A stretch of DNA of 64,000 nucleotides, from positions 64,001 through 128,000 of the IMG/VR virus record IMGVR_UViG_3300035698_017111; one strand, 5' to 3'. Position numbers and translations under genes: made by a program. The notes under the pieces were generated by a model, which saw only the letters and a list, made by a program, of their open reading frames with translations, made no database searches and had not been told where the DNA came from. Origin of the DNA: a virus. Shown here piece after piece: positions 57,901 to 64,000 of the stretch. Position 1 is the first letter of the stretch. Every line of letters starts with the position of its first letter.

Positions 57901-58064
57901 TGCATTGTCCTCCAGATTGGTATAACAATGTATTCCAGACATACCCGATAAAGACCTCGAAAAAAAAGATACTCATTCTTCTGGCCAGAGCTTGACAAAT
58001 AAGAAATACTAATGTATGGTGTAACAGTAATTTGGAAGAACACCACAATAAAAGGAGACATACA

Positions 58065-58343
58065 GTGTTTGCACAATGGATGATTACGTTATTTATTATC
58101 ACAGTACTCTTGGTACTGTTCTGGAAATTTGCGGCCAAGAGACTCCTCACATGGGGAGGTATTATGTCTAATCCTAAAGAGCAAAAGAATGCTTTAGAAA
58201 GGAAAATACAGGGTCTCAAAGCCAATCAAGATCGATTGAAGGAAGTTCACAAAGAAGTTGATGTAACTGTAGAACTTCAAAGTGTACAGAAAGAACTGAA
58301 AAAAGAAGAACTCAAATTGGCTAAAATCGATGCAAAGAGCTAA
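58065..58343 (+). CDS. membrane-anchored coiled-coil protein
   Basis: AAGGAG RBS, GTG start, one TM helix. Confidence 0.6.
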   Translation: MFAQWMITLFIITVLLVLFWKFAAKRLLTWGGIMSNPKEQKNALERKIQGLKANQDRLKEVHKEVDVTVELQSVQKELKKEELKLAKIDAKS

Positions 58344-58376
58344 TTTGTCGCAGTAAAAACAAAAGGAGAAGTAATT

Positions 58377-59690
58377 ATGAGTAAGAGAGATATCTCGATA
58401 GTCGTTATTCTAGCAACACTGATCATTGGTGGAATTATCGTCGTTTTGTGTGGTAGTAACATCGTAGAAACAGTGTCTGCTGGTACGTACAAGATCAAGC
58501 AGGCTGCAGTTTCTGGAACAATGACGGCTCACATGCAGCCCGGTATGTTCAAGCAGATGTTCGGTGACATCACCGAATGGCCCAATCAGGAAACCTTCTA
58601 CTTTACGTCCACGGCGGACGAAGGTGACAACTACGACCAGAGCATGGAAGTTCGTTTTGCCGATGGTTCGAAATGTCAGGTTTCTGGTTCTCTCCGTATT
58701 ATCTTTCCGCAAAGTGAAGACGCTGCCATCGCCTTGGTGAAACAGCACGGTTTTCAAACCCCCAAAGCTGTTATGTTCGAAGCCGTTAAGAAACACGTTC
58801 GTGCCTCTCTCAGGCTTACCGCTAACCTTATGTCCGCTCGTGAGTCCTACAGTGAGAAACGTCCGAACTACCTTGAATGGGCAGAGGACATGATCTGTGG
58901 TGGTCTGTACAAAACCAGCGAAAGAACAATTGAAATTATCGATCCAATTACCGATAAGAAAATCGAGAAGGTTATTAAGGAAGTCAAGGAAGATGAAAAC
59001 GGCAATCCTATCCGTATCGCAGAGAGCCCCTTTACTGCATTGGGTATTGATATCTCGAACTTTGAGATCAACGTCTTCAAGTATGATCCAAAGGTTGAAG
59101 CTCAGATCCAGCAGCAGCAAGAGGCTTTGATGGCGGTTGCGACCGCTAAGGCAAATGCCCAACGTGCCCAACAGGAAGAGAAGACGAAAGAGGCTGAGGG
59201 TAAGGCACTGGTCATGACTGCTCAGTACGAAAAAGAGCAGGAGAAGGTGAGGGCGACGGTTGAAGCAGAAATGTTGGCTGAAGTTGCCGTTATCGAGGCA
59301 CAGAAGCTTGTTGATGTTGCCAATAAATCTAAGGAACAGGCAACCATTGAGGGTGAGAAACGTCTCGTCGTTGCCGATCTCGATAGACAGTCTGCCGAGC
59401 AGGTTAAGCTTGAACAGATCGCTCTTGGTGAGGGTGAAGCAGAACGCAAGAAACTCGTCATGGCTGCCGATGGTGCCCTTGAGAAGAAACTTAATGCATT
59501 GGTTACAATTGCTGGACTTAACGCAGATGCCTATGCAAAACGTCAAGTTCCCGCTATTGTTATTGGTGGAGCTGATGGCACTGATACCGATCAGCAAACC
59601 AATGGTTTCCAAACGGCATTGATGGTTAAGATGCTTGGAGATCTTGATCTCGAACTGATCAAGAAAGCTCAAGCACCTGCAACGAAGTAA
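58377..59690 (+). CDS. SPFH/band 7 (flotillin-like) membrane protein
   Basis: N-terminal TM, VRFADG, long AE-rich coiled coil. Confidence 0.8.
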   Translation: MSKRDISIVVILATLIIGGIIVVLCGSNIVETVSAGTYKIKQAAVSGTMTAHMQPGMFKQMFGDITEWPNQETFYFTSTADEGDNYDQSMEVRFADGSKCQVSGSLRIIFPQSEDAAIALVKQHGFQTPKAVMFEAVKKHVRASLRLTANLMSARESYSEKRPNYLEWAEDMICGGLYKTSERTIEIIDPITDKKIEKVIKEVKEDENGNPIRIAESPFTALGIDISNFEINVFKYDPKVEAQIQQQQEALMAVATAKANAQRAQQEEKTKEAEGKALVMTAQYEKEQEKVRATVEAEMLAEVAVIEAQKLVDVANKSKEQATIEGEKRLVVADLDRQSAEQVKLEQIALGEGEAERKKLVMAADGALEKKLNALVTIAGLNADAYAKRQVPAIVIGGADGTDTDQQTNGFQTALMVKMLGDLDLELIKKAQAPATK

Positions 59691-59715
59691 TCTTCATCGC
59701 AGATCAATTGCTTAT

Positions 59716-59752
59716 AGTGGCTGTGTCCTTCGGGACACGGCCACTTTTCTTT
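59716..59752 (+). terminator. intrinsic terminator
   Basis: AGTGGCTGTGTCC-TTCG-GGACACGGCCACT-TTTCTTT. Confidence 0.85.
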
Positions 59753-59863
59753 ATCGTATCATAGATCGGAGACATTGATGGCTGTGAAAAAAGTTTGGGA
59801 TAGAAGCTTCACAGAGGATTCCGCTTGACAACATCAGAAACATAGAGTTATGATAGACAATAT

Positions 59864-60262
59864 GGGCTCGTACTGGTTTCGACGGGAAGCAGAACGGGAA
59901 AAGCTGCAAGCCGAGCATGTCAGATCCATCTCGATAAACTGGTCTGTCAACAATAGCTGACGAAGCTATGCCAATCGCTGCCTAAGAGAACCTTAAGCAG
60001 TCGCCCTCTCTAAGTTCCGTCTGTAACGAAGAAAAGGGCGTCATCAAACAGACTCGTTCAGAGGTCTACTCCTGGGGTATCTGAACTAAAAAGCACAGGA
60101 CCGCAATAACCGAATGGTAACGACAAAACGTCAGACGGCTGACGGTCGAATGAGTTGTTACAGCCATGGGGAGCGGTTACTGAAAGTGTAGCAGCCTAAG
60201 CTTGTAGACGCTTTTTCTAGACTCTTTTCGGACGGGGGTTTCGATACCCCCCGAGTCCACCA
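59864..60262 (+). ncRNA. ssrA: tmRNA, predicted tag (A)DEAMPIAA
   Basis: 5' GGGCTCGTACTGGTTTCGAC and 3' CGAGTCCACCA with G3:U70; tag ORF ends AA-TAA; TTGACA/TATGAT promoter at 59825-59854. Confidence 0.92.
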
Positions 60263-60329
60263 AAAACAAAGAGACAAAAATTCTTGGCCACACCTTGACA
60301 GAGCGTATCTAACATGATATTATGTTAGA

Positions 60330-60752
60330 ATGATGACAGACGACACTATCTCACAATCACATATATCTAAAAAACATCTAAGATTCTCTTTGACTTGGAA
60401 TGATTACCTCAAGATGATCGATCAACTCGTGGAGAAGATTCCTGCAGGAAGATACTCTGCGATTTGTAACGTGCCTCGTGGTGGAAATATTCCAGCCACA
60501 ATTATTTCCTATAAGCTCAACATCTCTCTTATTCAAGCTGGGAAACATCTTCCAGATAAAGAAAAGAAATATCTGATCGTTGACGACCTTACAGACACGG
60601 GTAAGACGTTAGATGAATTTCCTAAATCAGACTGCATAGAAACAGCAGTTGTTTTCTGGAAAGAAGAGTCAACTCATAGTCCAAATTTCTTTGTGAGACG
60701 AATACCACAAAAGGTTTGGGTCGTCTTTCCGTATGAAAAGTCTGGCCAATAA
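60330..60752 (+). CDS. type I phosphoribosyltransferase (purine PRT-like)
   Basis: VPRGG, LIVDDLTDTGKTL, WVVFPYE. Confidence 0.85.
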   Translation: MMTDDTISQSHISKKHLRFSLTWNDYLKMIDQLVEKIPAGRYSAICNVPRGGNIPATIISYKLNISLIQAGKHLPDKEKKYLIVDDLTDTGKTLDEFPKSDCIETAVVFWKEESTHSPNFFVRRIPQKVWVVFPYEKSGQ

Positions 60753-60856
60753 TCTTTGGCTGAAGAAGCTAAAGAATTAGCAGAAGAAATCAAGGGAGAA
60801 GCAAAAAAGATTAGTGTTGAGTTTGGAATCAAAACAACCAAGAAGGAGAGTGAATA

Positions 60857-61306
60857 ATGAAATACGTAGCCATGTTATTGATCAGCATGCTCTTGGTCGC
60901 ATGTGCTGGAACTGGAGCCGGTCTTAAGGTCTATGAGGTAATACAACAGGATGGAAACCCAACACCTGTTTTGATTAAGAGTGGATTTTACAAATCTAGA
61001 AACGATGTCTCTCTTACCCTTATGTTTGATCCAAGATCAAATTTTGCAATGGTAGACTTTAGAAGCTTGTCTTCACCAGTCATAAGAGCTAAAGGTGATG
61101 CGTACTCTGATGTATTGGGTGCAAGTGGAAATGCTCTTTCCGTATTCCTCAAGGGATATCTTGCATTCCAAAGTGGTGGAATGGCGGCACTTGAAGCAGA
61201 GGAAGCAAAGCTTATTGATCTGGAAGACAACGATAAAGACACTACACATACTCTAAGATTACAGTCCATGCAGGGGATGTCTCTACCAGACATCAAGAAA
61301 GACTAG
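60857..61306 (+). CDS. putative lipoprotein
   Basis: Signal peptide with an LVAC lipobox. Confidence 0.65.
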   Translation: MKYVAMLLISMLLVACAGTGAGLKVYEVIQQDGNPTPVLIKSGFYKSRNDVSLTLMFDPRSNFAMVDFRSLSSPVIRAKGDAYSDVLGASGNALSVFLKGYLAFQSGGMAALEAEEAKLIDLEDNDKDTTHTLRLQSMQGMSLPDIKKD

Positions 61307-61309
61307 AAG

Positions 61310-61663
61310 ATGTCGATACTGTCAACAATATTATGGATCGTGGGAATGCTTCTCATAGTAGCATCTCTTGTAATAAATGCTCTTGATCTTAAAAAAAGAA
61401 ACCTACAGCAGCCATTCAACGATCCATATTTTCCAAAAAAGAACATGCCACCCAATGTCAATGGTTGGAGATGTCTTTATGTGTCATGTATGTTCTTGTC
61501 TTCTCATTCTCTTATGAAAATTTTGATTAACGATAATGTTGTCTTATCCTGGATAATGTTGTGTGCATATAGTTCTGGATTTGTAGTATTTTTTCTTATT
61601 GCTTCGTTTCTAAATAAAGAAAATAAAACCATAGTCAAGAAAGATGAAGGTGAAGAGTCATGA
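61310..61663 (+). CDS. membrane protein
   Basis: Three hydrophobic segments. Confidence 0.55.
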   Translation: MSILSTILWIVGMLLIVASLVINALDLKKRNLQQPFNDPYFPKKNMPPNVNGWRCLYVSCMFLSSHSLMKILINDNVVLSWIMLCAYSSGFVVFFLIASFLNKENKTIVKKDEGEES

Positions 61664-61899
61664 TAATATTACTCACATTAACAGCAATATGTTTCATTTG
61701 TACTATATTTTCATTGCTTAACGCACGTCTTGTCAATACACTGATATTCGGATTTCTAACAGTTGCAGGAATAGCCACAACATTTCTTTGTGCCATTGGG
61801 AAGATTGTATTTATGATCTTCAGCCTAAAAGCATTTGTCGGAATCATCTTGTTGGTAGCTGTTGTTGTAGTTGTGCGAAAGACAGTATTCAATAGATGA
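61660..61899 (+). CDS. small membrane protein
   Basis: Very hydrophobic 79 aa, ATGA overlap. Confidence 0.55.
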   Translation: MIILLTLTAICFICTIFSLLNARLVNTLIFGFLTVAGIATTFLCAIGKIVFMIFSLKAFVGIILLVAVVVVVRKTVFNR

Positions 61900-61900
61900 T

Positions 61901-62626
61901 TTAGTCTTTTGTTTCTTCGTCTTCATCAGAATCCAATTCTTTCTTTACGTCTTCCAATGGAATGAGATCCGCATCGCCATTCTCAACATCTTCTACCATT
62001 TTGTCCAGATCATCAAATAATTCTTTTGATTCCTCTGGTCCACCATAGAAACTAATATCAAAATAAATTGCGTCAAGAACGTCGAGAAAAGAGAAGGTAC
62101 TCTCACTTTTAATAAGAACAGGAGTCGGTTTTTTATAATCAGGATTATCTTTGCTATGATAGATAATAACTTCTTTGTTTAGACGAACCTCATGATTTAG
62201 AACATCACGGATACTTCCGCTTATAGACCACGGACAATCATCTTTATTGATATTGATTCCGTGAAATCCAGTATAGAGGTCAAATGATTTATAATCATCA
62301 AGATCCCAAGCTTCCCCACCCCAATATACTTCTAAGTGATCGATGTTTTTAAACTTATCTTCTTCCTTGTCTATCTCTTCGTGCCAATCGTCAATATGAC
62401 ACCAACAATATTGGCCGAGGAAAGTAGTAAGCATTTCATCTTCATCTACAGATATCATGATGTCTCGAAGAGTGACTCCTTCTTCGATCTCACAAGTCTC
62501 TCTCAGATAATGAAATGGCAAATCCATTTTTTCTAGAATAAAATCTGCATATTCATCATCATTTCTTTTTACAATATAGAAGCCATCTTTTTTGATAACG
62601 ACACTGTCTGTTACGTAGTTAGCCAT
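61901..62626 (-). CDS. hypothetical acidic protein
   Basis: 241 aa ORF. Confidence 0.65.
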   Translation of the reverse strand: MANYVTDSVVIKKDGFYIVKRNDDEYADFILEKMDLPFHYLRETCEIEEGVTLRDIMISVDEDEMLTTFLGQYCWCHIDDWHEEIDKEEDKFKNIDHLEVYWGGEAWDLDDYKSFDLYTGFHGININKDDCPWSISGSIRDVLNHEVRLNKEVIIYHSKDNPDYKKPTPVLIKSESTFSFLDVLDAIYFDISFYGGPEESKELFDDLDKMVEDVENGDADLIPLEDVKKELDSDEDEETKD

Positions 62627-63119
62627 TTTTCTCTTCCCTTTTTATAGCTTGAGAAAGTCTAAACCATCCAAGATCACGACCATCCTTCTTCACTTCACAA
62701 GTAACACATCTGAGGGCATGAAACAACAACAAAATTTCTGCTCTAAGAGTGGCTTTTCCACTATCAAATTCTTTTGCCTTCTTTTTAACAATTATTCTCT
62801 TGTCACGAACCTCAAGAAGTCCCCATTTGGGAGGGAGTTCATCCAATGGAATGACTCCAGGTGGAGCCATGTAATATCTCTCCATACCAAGACCACGGCC
62901 GGGTATCTTTCTGAAGTATTTCTTCCCATCGGCTTGGAAATCGCTATATGATGTTTTACATTCAACAAGAATGCTTCGTCGCCCGCCACGTCGCCATCCA
63001 ATGGCATCTGGTGTTTCACGAGAACCACCATTCCATTCGACCATGACTACGCCACAGTTTTTAGTTTTCTCCAGCCATTTTTTGGCTCTAAGTATTAAGT
63101 CTGAGTGTTTGTACATCAT
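62619..63119 (-). CDS. PD-(D/E)xK nuclease-like protein
   Basis: ETPDAIGW...ILVECKTSYSDFQAD, ELPPKWGLL. Confidence 0.65.
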   Translation of the reverse strand: MMYKHSDLILRAKKWLEKTKNCGVVMVEWNGGSRETPDAIGWRRGGRRSILVECKTSYSDFQADGKKYFRKIPGRGLGMERYYMAPPGVIPLDELPPKWGLLEVRDKRIIVKKKAKEFDSGKATLRAEILLLFHALRCVTCEVKKDGRDLGWFRLSQAIKREEKNG

Positions 63120-63238
63120 AACTTATACGAGAAATTGGCTGTGAAAAAATCAAACTTGGACCTTGACTTCGACAAGATCCTAGTATAGTATGTATTAATG
63201 ATGTGAAGACATCAAATACACATAAGGGAAATTTGAAA

Positions 63239-64000
63239 ATGACAGCATTAGTAGCAGAACCAGCAGAACCAAGTGTATTTTTGGAAGAATATCTCGAAGA
63301 ACTGAGTATCAGAGACCCAGAAATGTATAAAATGGCGATTACTGACCAGAGTTTGGAACAAGAACATGTCTTGAAGAAGTTGCAGGAAGGTGGATTGATA
63401 ATAGGCGAGATATATACCCGTGCAGGACGTATGGAATTTCGGTCTGCTCTTCACACAAGAGAGCTGTATGTGAATTTCCAAGACTACAGAGACGGAAACC
63501 TTGTTGTTGGTTGTACTGTTGTTCTCCGTGGTGGAGAACGAGCTCTTCTCATCGCATCACAGGCAATCCAGGCAAAGAATTTGGGCGAAATGCTTTATGA
63601 GTGGTCAATTATCGGAGAGTCTGGGAGACACGGTAATGCCACACATGGTGGTGGTGGAATGATTACTGCTCTCAATATGGTGAGAACAGAGAAACACGAT
63701 GCACATATTGCTTTCGGATGTAAAAACCAAGGTGCATCTCTTAGGAATTTCAACTTAATTACAAGTTTGAGTGTAGACTCTAAGAATACAAGCAAATTTA
63801 ACATTGATATCGGTTCTGAGATGTTTCGTGAAGTTATGGAAGTTCTCGAAAAACCAATGTACATAAAGAAGGGGAAAAAAGTTTCAGCAGCTAATGTCCT
63901 GAAACTAAGACAATGTTCTGTTTTCAGAATGCTCAAATTGCCCAATAAAACAGATGATGCACAGTTTGTAACTTCTGAGAATTTTGTCAACTCTCTATCT
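63239..64000 (+). CDS. hypothetical protein, 3'-partial
   Basis: ATG 63239 (MTALVAEPAE...) open to the window end; TTGACT-17-TATAGT upstream. Confidence 0.7.
   Translation, partial: MTALVAEPAEPSVFLEEYLEELSIRDPEMYKMAITDQSLEQEHVLKKLQEGGLIIGEIYTRAGRMEFRSALHTRELYVNFQDYRDGNLVVGCTVVLRGGERALLIASQAIQAKNLGEMLYEWSIIGESGRHGNATHGGGGMITALNMVRTEKHDAHIAFGCKNQGASLRNFNLITSLSVDSKNTSKFNIDIGSEMFREVMEVLEKPMYIKKGKKVSAANVLKLRQCSVFRMLKLPNKTDDAQFVTSENFVNSLS

Noticed and set aside
58410-59672. 420-aa antisense ORF
   Set aside because: It is a shadow of the codon-biased SPFH gene and has no motifs or RBS.
60753-60857. Open in-frame continuation after the PRTase TAA
   Set aside because: The PRTase is complete at WVVFPYE and no readthrough signal is evident. 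It could be a tiny TTG-start ORF.
1-64000. Genome-wide stop-codon reassignment, suggested by the RF gene and the UCA RNA
   Set aside because: Long genes are intact in the standard code, and TAG and TGA end genes at tight operon junctions (for example 1833, 2851, 7346).

Overview
This window is part of a large (jumbo/huge-type) dsDNA phage genome using the standard code. The minus strand from about 27.3 to 50.6 kb is a head-assembly module: large virion proteins, an intein-containing portal, a giant prohead protease/scaffold, a second scaffold-like protein, a head decoration protein and an HK97-like major capsid protein. A phage sigma factor and IF-3 lie just upstream. The rest is rich in translation and RNA-repair functions: three nucleotidyltransferases (one CCA enzyme split in two by a free-standing homing endonuclease), an RNase AS-like exonuclease, RtcB and tmRNA. 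The most unusual signals are: (1) an RF1-like release factor gene that needs both a prfB-style +1 frameshift at CTT-TAG and readthrough of an internal TGA; (2) an array of three Y-RNA-like RNAs, two with a tRNA body nested inside (one with a UCA anticodon), next to a TROVE/vWA-like gene and an ARPP-like gene; (3) a hidden -1 frameshift adding a zinc ribbon to a virion protein; (4) a portal intein starting with Val; (5) several unassigned structured RNAs; (6) a NWYRK/KxAQ peptide tag shared by unrelated proteins; (7) two phage-specific promoter classes. All family calls come from motifs recognised by eye. No searches were run.
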